Both the position numbers and the translations under genes were made by a program. From assembly GCF_006345805.1 (NCBI RefSeq), contig NC_043004.1, forward strand, positions 83,700,001 to 83,764,000: 64,000 bases of DNA, read 5' to 3'. Source of the DNA: Octopus sinensis. Its lineage: Eukaryota. This document shows, one piece after another, positions 1 through 13,085 of the stretch (positions within the stretch are counted from its first letter, which is position 1; every line of letters starts with the position of its first letter). A model generated the notes under the pieces. That model saw nothing but the letters and a program-made list of their open reading frames with translations, was not told the origin of the DNA and made no database searches.

Positions 1-319
1 GATGCTCTGATGTGGCTATGAGGTGCTGCTCAAGAACTCAACAATACATTCACTGCATTTTATAAGTCCAAACAACTGTAAGATATTTATGGTCATAAGA
101 TGATCGTTTATTGTTCTTTCCAACTTATTTTCTACTTTCCATTCTATACTTGACTAACGCTTCGTTCCGAAACATAAATAAATATATATCTATATCTACC
201 TAAATATATATATATATATATGTATGTATGTATGTATGTATATGATAAATTTAGGGTAATATGTTATAATTTTACCAAGTAGTCAATATGTAAATAAAAA
301 CCTGTTAGGTAAATTTTTT

Positions 320-685
320 AAATTATTCTATAATATTTTGCATAATTATATCAAGGGGTCAGCTATGTGCCTGGCCACGTACTGAATTAGAAATTGATGC
401 TAATGTCTTTTCTACAACCATAAAATCTCCGACAAAAATAACACACTTTTAATATAGACAAAATTTTAAAAAATGATAAATTAACACCAATTAACTAGAT
501 CCTTGTTAATTCATTTTAATTCACGTATTTTCTTTTGCCTACCTTAAAAGTGTGTTATTTTTCTAGGAGTTTTATTGTAGTAGAAAAGATATTAGGGTCT
601 ATTTCTAATTCTGTACGTGGCGAGGCACGTAGCTGACATCTTTTTATAATTATGTATATAATTATAGAATAATTTATATGTACAT
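320..685. repeat. Imperfect fold-back (long inverted repeat) element between TA-rich microsatellites, class unknown (MITE or PLE fold-back)
   Basis: Left arm ~320-465 (GTCAGCTATGTGCCTGGCCACGTACTGAATTAGAAAT...AAAAATAACACACTTTTAA) is the reverse complement of right arm ~530-685 (TTAAAAGTGTGTTATTTTT...ATTTCTAATTCTGTACGTGGCGAGGCACGTAGCTGAC), with scattered mismatches. Confidence 0.8.
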
Positions 686-697
686 ATTATATATATA

Positions 698-784
<87 letters not shown>

Positions 785-904
785 TATATATATATGTATA
801 TATGTATATATGTATGTATATATGCATATATATACATACATAAAGAGAGAGTAAGAACGAGAGAGCCCGCTCTACAGCAGGTCATACGTCTCGCAAGCAA
901 CGTG

Positions 905-935
<31 letters not shown>

Positions 936-2213
936 GTCTGTCTGTGTGTCTGTCTATAGCGTTAGGAAGAAAACATATTAATTTGATTGAATAATCTTCG
1001 TTTATATTTGTCATTTTGTCGCAGACCTATTCGGATATTGCTTAGGCAGTTTCCTTGCATATCATCAATCTGCAGACCGAAGCAGTTAAGGTCTAATGCA
1101 CAGTAATTTAAAATATTATTTACCCATGAAGGTGGAGAGAATACAGAGCCATATGTAATGAAAGTATTTCTTTAGTGTGTGTATATGTATATATGTATAT
1201 ATGTATATACAGGTTAAGTGAAAACTTTTTGTCAAATTTTCAGTGGCAACTTGTATCTCCATGTGATATCATTAATTTGATACTTTTCAAATTGTTGCCT
1301 AATTGTTTATCCTTTATTTATCATAAGTTACATATAAACATTATTTGTCGAGTCTTTAACTCAAAGGTCTGGGAATGAGTGGTTACAATGTTGACATTAG
1401 CGACATAATTTCGAACTCCACAAACCATTAGCATTCAACAATTACATAAGCTTGGTCGTGGGAACAGACGTTGTCATGTAGTTCCTAATGAATTAATGAA
1501 TAACCAAGGTCAACGGTATGTGAACGTTTGCAAACAGAGGCGAAACTTACAGGCTACTCGCGATTGGGGTCGAATTGATTCTAGAAGATAAAAAATGCTA
1601 ATCCTAATCCCAATCATCATCCCAAATGATAACCCTAATCCTAATGAAAGTAAACAGCGGTTTCGTTCTGACCATGCTTTGGAACTTGTTCTCATACAAG
1701 TGTGCTCTAAACTTCTTGTGAGTTTGGAAGAGTTGTTTCACTTTGAGATTGTCTTAGATGGTCTTGCGGGGATGACATCCATATTGTTCTAATTTCTAAT
1801 TTTTTGCTTGGAAGAGCATTAAAGCGCTAGTGTCAAAAGTAAAAAAAAATACATTAACAAAAGTCACTAAAACAAATCGTAACTCTGTTTATGAAAAATG
1901 AAATTATATTCTTGCTAAACCAATATATATATGACATTTTAAAGTGCCGTTTAGAATACGCAGTTTTCCACTGCTAGTGCCTGAAATACCAACTTTCTAT
2001 ATTCATAACTCTCCAACTCATGCCAGTATGGAAAATAGACGTTAAGTAAATTGTTTAAAGAAAGCTTTCTACTCATATATGGATATAAAATAGATACACG
2101 TAATTCAAAAACACGTTTTGTGTATCTTATTTAGTAACCAAAAACAGGTACAGATTATAAACAAAGAAATGCCGATTTTGGTAATTTATTTGGCAGAGGC
2201 AATAGAGAGCGAA

Positions 2214-3148
2214 TCTCTCTCTATATAAACGGCAGTTTGTCTGTCTGTGTGTCTGTCAGGTTGTACCCTCACCCTGACCACGGCTTACAACCGATTCTGA
2301 TGAAACTTGACACACACATAGCCCAATGTCATAATTCAAAACTAACGCAGCGAAAATTTTCAAAAGTTCCCCCAGTTCTGAAAAACATCGATAAATTCGA
2401 CATGGGGTCGAGAATCAGAAACACAAACCACAGACTGTCTAGGGGACGCAAATCGACCTTTTTAACTCTCAACTCCATCAATATCCAGCTACTTGAAGCT
2501 ATTCCTGGTGATGTCCACGTCTACAAATCTATTGATAGGACAGCAGACACCGCCGAGCTTGCAGATTATCCTGTTGAATTCCTGAATTCACTTGAACGGC
2601 CAGGCCTGCCGCCACACATCCTGAAGTTAAAATTATGCTCATCAGGAATTTGGTTCCACCTAAACAGTACAACGGCACACGTCTGGTTGTGAAACATTTG
2701 CCACCACATTTAATAACGGCCACAATACTTACTGGTTGTGGGAAGGGAGAGGACGTCTTCATTCCACGCATGCACCTTCAACCGTCGGGCGCTGACCTAC
2801 CAATGCACTTCAGGCGTTCTCAGTTTCCTGTTAAACTCTGCTTCGCAATGTTCATCAATAAATCCCAAGGCCAAACGCTACAAGTGGCTGGGTTACATTT
2901 GGGCGAACAGTGCTTCGCCCACGGTCAACTCTACGTGGGCTGTTCACGCGTTGGGAGGCGCAATGATGTTTTCATGTTTTCGCCCACAGGGACAGCTAGG
3001 AACATCGTATACACAGAGGTATTCGAGTGAAGAGAAGACATTGCAACCTACACATGCGCCTTCCTTCCCTAGAAAGGACTAGATTGGGATTAGTCGTTGC
3101 CTACTAGGGGCTCTTACATACCCGGGCAACGCCGGGCTATGCTGCTAG
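2214..3148 (+). mobile_element. Non-autonomous Helitron, 935 bp, with canonical ends
   Basis: Starts A|TC (2213|2214) and ends CTAG|T (3145-3148|3149). GC hairpin CCCGG-GCAACG-CCGGG at 3121-3136 lies just upstream of CTAG. No TSD. Carries a PIF1-helicase fragment. Confidence 0.92.
2455..3030 (+). pseudogene. Helitron RepHel C-terminal PIF1-like helicase fragment (frameshift near 2633)
   Basis: YPVEFLNSLERPGLPPHILKLK / MLIRNL..NGTRLVV..IPRM..RSQFPVKLCFAMFINKSQGQTL..CFAHGQLYVGCSRV..ARNIVYTEVF are the standard C-terminal motifs of Helitron helicases. Confidence 0.93.
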
Positions 3149-3694
3149 TCCGATGATAAATCTGTCCTGGCTCAGTTAAATCTCTTTTGAATCAAATGAT
3201 GCCATCTCTAGTGCAGTGTTTTATAGTCTAAAGTGCCTGGAATCTTGACCAGTTGATGGCAACAGTTTCTTCGATGACTCTGTAGGTTGCGGGATTACAG
3301 GGAGTTTAACCTTTCCACCACTGCAGCACAGTGCAGGTGTTTCTCTAGGCCACCTCCTTGCTTTACAATGTATGCACTCAGTTGTCATTGCACCGATGGA
3401 AACTCTAGTGTCATCTGCATAATGGACTGCTGGATCATAATTTAAAGTTCCTTCATGGAATTTGCTTCTATGAGCTGTTGCAACTGATCTTCGTTCTGCA
3501 GTGGAGATCTTATTCATTTTCAGCCGTGTATACCTCTGTTTATCACATTGAGATGTTCTGGCATTTGAAGGGCACAGTCTCTTCGTTTCTTGGTTTGCTT
3601 CCCTCTCTACAGCTGCCTCTCTTTCCTTGGACAGAGGCATTCTTTTCGCTGACCATGACATTGTAGAGAAATTTGACACTTTCCTTCTAGGCAT
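3149..3694 (-). pseudogene. Helitron RepHel N-terminal region (Cys-rich zinc-binding motif)
   Basis: IGAMTTECIHCKARRWPRETPALCCSGGKVKLP matches the CxxC...CC-GKV motif. A frameshifted continuation reads NTALEMASFDSKEI and GQIYHR. Confidence 0.88.
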
Positions 3695-3894
3695 GGTTAT
3701 ATACGCATACAGAAATACATGGCTGCAGAAAAGAGTAAACATTAAAAATAACTGGGTAACGGAAATTATATTTCTTACGATGGGCAGAAAGTAAATAACT
3801 TTTTTCTACGGAAAACAAAGAAGTGTACGGGTTGAAGCAAAATGTGTCAATGAACCAAAAAGCCAGTATCGAAGGAACCAGAAAAAGCCGTTAA

Positions 3895-4165
3895 CAACAG
3901 AGAAACACAAAACCGTTGCAAATGTAAATAAGGAAATTTTAGCTAAATTAACTAACCGTACGGATTCAAGTGTAATTGTTAATTTACTTCTGTCAGTAAA
4001 TTATGAACTTACTTTTATCAGTAATTCAGTCAACAACAAGAAAAACACAAAACGTTGCAAATATAAATAAGAAATGTGTAGGCAAATACGTAGGATTGAA
4101 GTGAACTTTATGAAGTTACATTTGCCAGTAAATTATGTATGAAATTACTTTCATCAGTAATTGTG
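3895..4165. repeat. Two diverged ~140 bp tandem units inside the Helitron 5' region
   Basis: AAACACAAAA(C)CGTTGCAAAT(G/A)TAAATAAG...CAGTAAATTATG...TTACTTT..TCAGTAATT occurs near 3903 and again near 4043. Confidence 0.7.
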
Positions 4166-5054
4166 AGCTTCTTTCTGTCAGTAATTTGTCGATGTTGTTT
4201 GTAAATAGCGATTCAAACTTACAGTAGCAATTGAATATAGCGTTTGAAAAATGAAAGTGAAAACAAGAGAGATTGAGTGAGATATAGAGAGAAGGGACGA
4301 GAGAAAGAGAGAGAGGCAGAGCTAGCTAGTTAGAAAAATAAGACAGATATAGATAGGTAAGATATAGACAAATAGATACAGAGAGATAGATAGATATAGA
4401 GACAGAGATCGATAGAGAGATATAGTGATATATAGATAGATATATAGATAGTCAGAAATAGATAGAGAGAGATGTAGATAGAGAGATATAGTTATCCCTG
4501 TCACTAGAAAACCGGAAGTAAATATTTAAAGACCTTCCAAGGACGAGAATCTAATATAAAGAGTGAATGTAATGGTGACAATCAATTTCTGAAGTTACTA
4601 CGCAAGGTGTTACCTCCCTTATCTACGTAACTTAGAAATGTTTTCTGCCCCCTACCCCATAACATAATGAGTAAGGGGCACCCGGGGGGCCGTTACTCTT
4701 TATGTTAAAGTCTTTAAGCATATAAAACTATCACTGGAACATAAATAATGTATGATCCCAGTTTGAAAACAATCAGTTGCAAAATAAGGCCGTTATAATT
4801 TTTTTACACACACTCCCAAACACACGCACACACATACACACACACGCACACACACACACACACCCACACAGAAAGGGATTCATATATATGGACAAAAATC
4901 ATTGTGGCATGTCTTTCATAAAAAATTGTCAAGAAGCATAAGAAATTATGAACTATTTGCAGCTAGAATATAAGTACATAGAGTGTGAAAAACGGGATGA
5001 ATCTGTCTTTGATATGCGAAAAATATTAATGATGTTCCATGGAAACAATCGGCA

Positions 5055-5272
5055 TAAATATTGGTTTCAAACTTCTGACCGGTCCAGCAAATTTCGAAAG
5101 AATTAAAAATCATGATTACAATGTCCCCTGTGTTTAACAGGTACTTTTTTTTATCGAGCCCTAAGGAAAAGCAATTTCGGCCTCAATTTAATTTGATCTT
5201 GGGACTTAGAGCCGGGCGAAATGCCTCTAAGAATTTGGGTCGGCGTGCTAACGCTTTTGCTACTCAGCGCCT
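5055..5272 (-). mobile_element. tRNA-derived SINE, family A (degenerate)
   Basis: Colinear with the better-preserved copy at 15000-15229 (GGTACTT..TTTATCGA...CGGCGTGCTAACG). Confidence 0.7.
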
Positions 5273-6857
5273 TATTCGGCATAACAATTACATCTTTTGT
5301 CAAATAAGAAGTAGAAGGCTGGGTGTATCTTAAGTTGTATATAGGGTTTCGTTATTGAAGGAGATAACCGCAATATAATAAATAAATACATAAATGATTA
5401 AATAAATTAATAAGTATATAAATGCTATCGTACGTCCAGCAACTAAACCATAGGCTGCAAAGCAAAATGATAATAAATGTTCAGTGTTGTATTTGCATTA
5501 TATTTAAGACTTATCTGCAGTGTACAGTAAAACATTTCAACAAATAGGTTATTGTATAACTTGAAGTATGTGCTACATTTACTATGGAGCCTTTTCCAAT
5601 AATATTTACTCAATGTATGTGCAATATATGATTTAAATTATTCCCTTCTGTAGCTTTTAGCGCTGAATTATGGAACATATGTATGTCTAACAACAGGAAT
5701 TATACGCCAGGTGTGTGTTTGTACTTTGCTCCAATGCACCACATATGATTTGCAGCAATACTCGAACGTTCATATATATGTACATTACCCTTATAAGAAT
5801 AATTAAAGTGTGCATTACCATTATTGCATTCTCATCTTCACAGATCCTTCAATTTTGTAATAGCTAACATCTATTATAATGCCTTGCCGAATGTCCAGAT
5901 TTCAGAGTAGCATATGAATATGTTGCATAGTTGTTATCGAAAACCTTGACGAATGCGTTAGAATATAATATTTCACATACTGGAGCTTACCTCAGGTAAA
6001 GAGATGAAACGAATTTAGTGGTATTTGCAGAATTGAAAGAACCCAAATCCAACAATACGCCCTTTGATTTCTGAAGTAATAATACAGTTTTTCTAAAATA
6101 TTAATCCCTCAAAAAGATGGCCACAACAAATGAAAATGAATATCGGATATCGATTTTCCGTCATCATATCTGTAAGAAATGAGAAATGAACCAAATCAGG
6201 TGCTCAATATAAAATTGCAGTAAATCGGGGTGGATATAGTAATAGAACAGCTAGTGTTAATGCACTGACATATGGCAGTCATAATTTGTTTTATAAAATT
6301 CAAATGGATTTGAAGGAATATAAAATATCCAACGAAGAAAGATATAAACATAGCTCTTGCCTGATTTAATGCAAATGATAATCAGTTAGAAACGCATAGC
6401 AATATCAACCTTATACGTGAAAGGCATTTTACTTCGTGGCATATTTTATATAATTTATGATTCTATGAGTATCAAATTCTAAAATGCAGATGAGGTCAAT
6501 ACGTTAATGTGACCTATGTTAATTTCAATAAGCATTGGATTTGAATCGTTCAATTCCTTCTTAAAGGGGACTGATTGTTGAATCCGAGAAAAATATTGTA
6601 ATATTCATTTGTAAAAGCAAATGTGTCTTAAAGCATTAATTAATGCTTTAACTTAAATTATACCTCCATATTTTTGTGAATTTCTATATTTTCCCTTCAA
6701 GCATTTGAATTTTGTTTTTTATGCTTCTTTTAAAACACTTCTACTTTCGAATATTTAATTGTAGAAATATCTCAGAATATTTTACACAATATAATCAAAA
6801 TATGATTTATACTCTAAATATCATAGTATTAACAGAATGGATAACCCTAGCTGCCTG

Positions 6858-6919
<62 letters not shown>

Positions 6920-9075
6920 CTAATATACAAACTGTGATAGAAGTGTTTTAAAATGCGATAAATTCGTATGCTAAATAAATAAAATGACGTAATTACACAA
7001 AAAAATCTTTACGTTAAGTCTGATAATACGTCCTCCCAATTTCCTTGATAATGCTTAGTTTATCTCCTGTTTAAGGGATTTTATTTTGTATGTATCTTGA
7101 AATATTTCACTAGGAACAATGGCTGTGTTTCCCAAATTTGTAGATAGACGATTGGTCATAAATCGGTTAGTATATAACATATATCTCAGTTTACATCTCA
7201 AAATATTTCGCTCTCAATAACAAGTAAGTTAAGTAAATAACTTGAAAAATCTATTTCAATTTTTTATTGTTATGAAAGACACGCCTGTTATGAAGGACAC
7301 GCCTAAAAAATATTGTTGTGGATATGCTTCCTTTTCTCATACAAAAAAACATTTATTTATTTCTTGTTTATAAATTTATCAATGTATTTGTTCATCAATT
7401 TATTCATTCATTTATGATATTGCATTTTTATAAATGCATGTTGGGTGCTATAGAAATTGAAATGCTTTCAATTTTGTTTGATATTTAAAAATATAGTCAT
7501 ACCAAAATGTTTGCATTCAATAGCATATGGTACATTGTTGACGATGATGATGATGATAAGTGGTATCATATTCACCACCACCATCACCACTATCATCAAC
7601 ACCACCATCATCAGCAGCAGCATCATTAACATGCATACATGTTTCCGATATAAATCTGCGTAAAAATACGAACACATTCTGAAAGAAGTCAGTAATTTTA
7701 GATGCATCAATTTCCCTATCCAAACAAATTTAGGCAATTCATATCAATTTACATATGAAGTGTTTTTTTTTCTTCTTTTGATGAACTGTAAAGTTATATT
7801 TACTTCTCCTACAGATGTTCACATTATTTTCACACCCCTTTGTTGTTGATCATTGTTCATTTCTGAATGAACCAGAGAACATTTGATGGTGATATAAAAA
7901 TACACCACTCTAACAATATCTTTCGTTCCTTCCCTTAAAGAAAACATCTAAACGTTAATTAATATCAGAAATAAAGCCTGAGTGAAGGCTAAGGGGAAGA
8001 GAGAGTACTCAGTGCAATGTAAATACTTCGGATGATTCTCAACATGATGTGTTTGGCTGGTCGACAAACATGATATTCAGTAGAAAGACATGATTATTCA
8101 TGTTTTCCATATACATTTACGAAAAGAACTGCATAGCAAGATTTTACTTGTCCTACAGTTGTATTAAATTTCAAAGCGACAAAATTTGAGCTTAAAAGAA
8201 GGAAGTGCTAGAGTTGCAGCAAGCCATCCGAAGTGATTGTTTATTTCCATAAGATTTCTTAGCGCTGCCTACACCGAATTATGTCCCCAAATGTTAGCGC
8301 TGATGTCAAATATCAGATCTATTCTGCTGTGCATCTACATTAAAATTATGAAAGTAATAAGTTTCAAGACTGTTGGAGTCAAATATTTTCGAGGTGAAGT
8401 TTCGTTGATTGCAATATTTCTTCACGTAAATGAAATAGATTTCACTTTGGCATATACACACATAAACAACCACGTCTGCGTGCGTGCCTGTACACAAGTG
8501 TGTGCGTGTTTATATGTATACATGTATACATGTATGCATATGTATATAGGTATGTATGTACGTATGTATACACATGCATAGACACATCGATGTATATATA
8601 ATTGAGAAGCTGTTTAAGCAACTTGCGTCATTCTTTTGCTATCGAACGTTTAACGTATCTTTTTATTCTCTTTTACGCAGTTCATACTTTCAAAGCTATT
8701 ACGTTTTAATAGCAAAGTTCCAGAAAGAACATTTCATACTCCTCCTGATGAAATTTATTTCTTTTGCTACGATTACAGAGAGCATTACTTAAATATAGAT
8801 GTTCTTCTTTATACTGGAAGGAAGAAAAACTTATATGAATGCTGAAACGAAAATGCTTGCATTGAAAATGCAATTGAACTCATTTAAGTTATTTTTTCTT
8901 ATATTTACAAAACCATTATGTTATTGAGTTCTTAACTGTCTAATGTTATTTGCAGAATTTAAAAGAAAAAATACGTCTTTGGATTACATAATGGAATTAA
9001 CACAAATATATTTTGTTAAATACTTACAAACCGTACTGACACTTTTGAACACCCAAACAAACATCACACACACAC

Positions 9076-9123
<48 letters not shown>

Positions 9124-9250
9124 CATGTGTCTATGTACATAGGGATGGATGGATTGATGGATGGATGTGTGTGCATTAGACACGTTTATATCTATATAAA
9201 CATATATAGGAATATATGAATGTCTACTAAAATGCATTATAATGCATATT

Positions 9251-9302
<52 letters not shown>

Positions 9303-10520
9303 CGTGTGCATCTGTGTATAAATATATATATACACATAAATACATATATATATATATACATATATATATATGTGTGTATATATAAATATGTATATATATG
9401 TGTGTGTGTGTGTGTATGTACACACACGCACGCAAGCACACACATATACACACACACAACTCAAGACTAGATGCATTTTCGTGAGCGTAACAGCACGACA
9501 TAAAAGCACACATAAAGACACATATGTATACATGCATTGATATGTGGGTTCTTTTGAGTCTGCAAATGAGAGTAAGAGAGAAGGAGAGGGGGGAGAGAAA
9601 GAGAGAATGATAAAAGGATGGGAGGTGTGTAATTGATCAGCACAACGTTTCTTATCAGATTTCTCGTTGAAGCCATTCTGTTTTTCATATGCTCTTCTAG
9701 ACTCCAATTATTTTCATTACATTATTCAATGGCGTTTTTCTACAAAAATTCTTTAACACTTCTTCACCTATATTGACAACGGGTTTTATCAAGTGTTATA
9801 TTCAGCCACTAACGTTGGAAAACAATATTTTAACGATTATTTTGTTTATATGACAAATACATTCAGATGTAATACAACCTGTCAGTTACGTAAAACTGCT
9901 TCCGTTTGCAAGTGCACAGCTTAACAGTCTGTCTTTTATACGAATTTATTTAATATCATGTACACTGTATGAACGTCAGCGCTGCATTGTCAATTACAAA
10001 TGATGCACTTTATATGTAACTTGGATATATAACCTGACATATGATTGTTCAAAGAAGTGTAAGAAGTGGTTAGAGTTTTGTGAAAACAATTGAGCTCTCG
10101 AAAGTTTGAAGAAAATTAAACCGATATGAAATTTATTTCAAATAGCAAAATACAGGATGACTTCATATGAGATGTAAAAATGCTTACAAATCCAGAAAGG
10201 ATTGCTCACGTAAGGATTTTAATTTAGCTTCTATAATCTTATTGATTATGTCAGATTTCGCATGATTCTCCATGTTTGAGATTTAAGAACATTATTTTAC
10301 AATCCGAAACAAAAACCTGATGGACAACAAATTAAAATTTTAGAGATGGTTTTGTAATAACTCTTTGTAGATTCCCATTAAACTCATACAACATGAAAAT
10401 ATTTGCCGTAACCACCCTTTGTATTAATATACATGTCACACAAAATATATAGTGCTATATACTAAAGTACTATATTTCTGTAAGAATTTAACAAGCTTTG
10501 ATCTCTTGATCGCTAGATTT

Positions 10521-10606
10521 GTCACATGACAGTTGACGGTCTCGTTTAGAGAATGCGTGGGCTAAGACTTCATTGGTCAGTTAAAGTTGTGACAGTGCCA
10601 CGTGAC
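10521..10606 (+). promoter_or_regulatory. Candidate promoter: two extended E-boxes flanking a CCAAT box
   Basis: GTCACATGAC (10521-10530), ATTGG (10572-10576) and GCCACGTGAC (10597-10606) lie in a locally GC-richer non-repetitive island 130-215 bp upstream of a candidate ATG. Confidence 0.4.
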
Positions 10607-10734
10607 AACTTGCTGGGGCTGCCTGCTGGAGTCTAGCAGCAGGTATTTGAAGGGAAATTTGACAAGACACTCAGTCGCCCACTGACACTCGTTGACGCTA
10701 CATCGAAGAGGCCAGGGAACAGAAGAAAGAAGAC

Positions 10735-10843
10735 ATGAACCTAACACCAGAGCTGAAGACAGTTCCGAAAGGTCTTGATCTAACTGGATCCTTTAAAGGA
10801 GCTGTTGTGATCGCAGACCACGAAATACGGTTGAAATTCCTTG
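10735..10843 (+). CDS. Candidate first coding exon of an unidentified host gene
   Basis: gaagacATG with an in-frame TGA upstream. Encodes MNLTPELKTVPKGLDLTGSFKGAVVIADHEIRLKFL plus 1 nt, then donor G|GTAAAT (phase 1). Composition is non-repetitive and protein-like. No homolog recognised. Confidence 0.45.
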
Positions 10844-11707
10844 GTAAATACTTGTGATATTCTCTATTAGTATAAATATATTTCTTAAATATATTGTCTT
10901 TGGAGATAGGCTAAAGTTTTCGCGACATAAAATCGGTAAAATTTACGATTCAAATTTAAATGGTGGTGCATTACGTATATAATCCAGGCACATAGAAAGT
11001 ATGACAATTTACGCAATGGAAATAACGTATTTGTCATATCCTTAATCCCTTTATTTTGAGTATCTCTAATTCAATTATGCCTAGTTATAAGCGGACGCTT
11101 AGGTATTCATTCCGTTTATATTCAAATTGACCATCTCCATCTTTCGTTACTCTGCATACAATATGCCTACATGTTACGGACAATGTGAATGTAGCTTATT
11201 GCTAAGACAATTCACTTTCTCTTCCTATGAATCTTTTATGAATCCTTCAGTATGACTGACCTTCATTCATAATGTAAATTATACCGTATTTGCAAGTAGC
11301 ACAATCTATGCATGAACACACAATGGCTTTAGAATTATTGCTAAATTATTGATGACCGCAGATTCACGATACTTTGTTGAACGAAACACTTTTATGGTTA
11401 CATTGATGACGTGCACTTAAAGAAAATTCGAATCACCTGTCTTTAATATATGTTTACACAAATTCTGTATTACCGTTATCCGAAAATTGCGTACACTCGA
11501 AAAATATTCAGGGTGACAGATGATTTAGATTTATACTTAAGAATATATACGATTGCATTTCAACTTTCAGGAAAGAAACCATTCACATGATGGCAATAAT
11601 TGTGTGAATAATGGCTTCATGTTGAAAGATACTGACATAGGTTTATTTGCTTCTACAATGTAACCGATACAAGTACATCTATGAAGATGTATTTCAACTA
11701 TTAACAG

Positions 11708-11758
<51 letters not shown>

Positions 11759-11794
11759 TATATTATCTATATATATATATATACACCACACATA

Positions 11795-11827
<33 letters not shown>

Positions 11828-11830
<3 letters not shown>

Positions 11831-12085
11831 GTGAAATAGAAAGATGAATAATCTTGTAGTAGATTAATCAAAAGTTTAACCGATACCTTAGTAGCAAAAA
11901 TCACAGCAGTAAACAGCACGGTTGGAGGTACAACCATATGGTGTTGCAACCGTGCGTTGGTGCGGATAATTGAAATTATTCAATCGGATTTTGGTAATTT
12001 GTGCCTTTCGAAACACGTGTAGAATGAAAAAAACGATTTCTGTTCAATCTGCGTTCAGCTCCATTTCTTCAATTCACCAATAATG

Positions 12086-12087
<2 letters not shown>
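11828..12087. mobile_element. Rearranged PLE pseudo-LTR-like repeat (family P/Q), copy 1
   Basis: Near-identical to 42611-42832 and to the reverse complement of 13129-13310. Flanked by (AT)n. Contains a HHR-like 3' half GAAACACGTGTA at 12010-12021. Confidence 0.65.
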
Positions 12088-12176
<89 letters not shown>

Positions 12177-12177
12177 A

Positions 12178-13027
12178 ACGGGAAGCTTTATGAAAATAAA
12201 CAAAAGACGAAGGCAGGTGAAAACAAACGAACAATTGTATTAGTATGGCGCTCAGGAAATATAAATAAACAAGTCTTTAACGTTTCGAGCCTACGCTCTT
12301 CAACAGAAAGAATACAGAGAGAGAAAAACACAGAAAGAAGGAGAGCAAAAAAATGCGTGCAGTAGCTAACGAATCAACATGGCGATCTGATTTCGCCAGA
12401 GGTCAAAGATCAAACATGAGACGCGAGAGCGAAATAAGGGGAGATAATAGTGTGATAAAAGGGTTGAGGGACCAGCTAAAAGTGCGTGGGAGGGGTCTGG
12501 ATGTGTGTATGTATAGGGTTGGTGTATGTATTAGTATGTATAAGGGTGTGTGTGTGTGTGTGTGTGTATGAGAGAGTATTAGTGCGTAAGATTGGTCTGG
12601 ACGTGCATATGTATGGGGTTGGTGTATGTATTAGTATGTATTAGTACGTATTGGTATGTATGGGTGTGTGTGTGTGTGTGTGAGAGTATAAGTGCGTATG
12701 CGGGGTCTGGACGTGTGTATGTATAGGGTTGGTGTAAGTATTAGTATGTACTAGTATGTATTAGTACGTATTAGTATGTATTAGTTGGTGTATGTATTAG
12801 TATGGCACATCATATGTGATGTGATGTGTAAAGTCATGTGGTGTAGTGAGGAGAAGAGGGGAGGGGGAGAAGAGGTGGGAGAAGGGGAGGGGAAGAAGAG
12901 GGGGAGGAGAATGGGGAAGAGGAGACGATGGGGGAGAAGGAAGGTGAGGAGAGGGAAGAGGGAAAGAGGGAGAGGGGGAGAGAGAAGGGGAGAGGGGAGT
13001 GAGAGAGCAGAGGGAAGGGGAAGAGTG
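12178..13027 (-). mobile_element. 3' end (purine tract, minisatellite, pLTR) of the same PLE family as 53044-54567
   Basis: Reverse complement is colinear with 53700-54567 (e.g. CGCCATGTTGA..CGCTAGC, CCTGAGCGCCATAC, GCTTCCCGTTATA). Bounded by (AT)n. Confidence 0.85.
12274..12311 (-). ncRNA. Minimal type-I hammerhead-like motif, variant core (family H1)
   Basis: TCTTT-CTGTTGAA-GAGC-GTAG-GCTC-GAAA-CG-TT-AAAGA: stem I, variant core, 4-bp stem II, GAAA, palindromic ACGU stem III and an NUH triplet. Confidence 0.7.

Positions 13028-13083
<56 letters not shown>

Positions 13084-13085
<2 letters not shown>

Larger units (their letters stand above)
2155..4892 (-). mobile_element. Degenerate, internally deleted Helitron (host element), interrupted by a second Helitron
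   Basis: 5' end on minus strand TCCATATATATGAATCCCTTTCTGTGTG followed by a (GT)n tract near 4892, typical of Helitron 5' ends. RepHel N-terminal coding remnant at 3694-3149 continues at 2213-2155. The 3' terminus was not found. Confidence 0.8.

Noticed and set aside
592-1014. Long 'YIYIYI' ORFs here and at 9227-9707, 13378-13971, 43382-43876, 48019-48336 and 50069-50465
   Set aside because: They are translations of (TA)n/(CA)n microsatellites, which lack stop codons in some frames.
1021-1100. Minus-strand TTGATGA...GAAA-CTGC-CTAA-GCAA-TA hammerhead-like string
   Set aside because: C3 is absent, stem II barely pairs and stem I is not contiguous with the core; likely chance or too decayed to call.
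1590-1645. CTAATC/CCCTAA telomere-like units
   Set aside because: Only a few degenerate units; not an interstitial telomere array and no element could be assigned.
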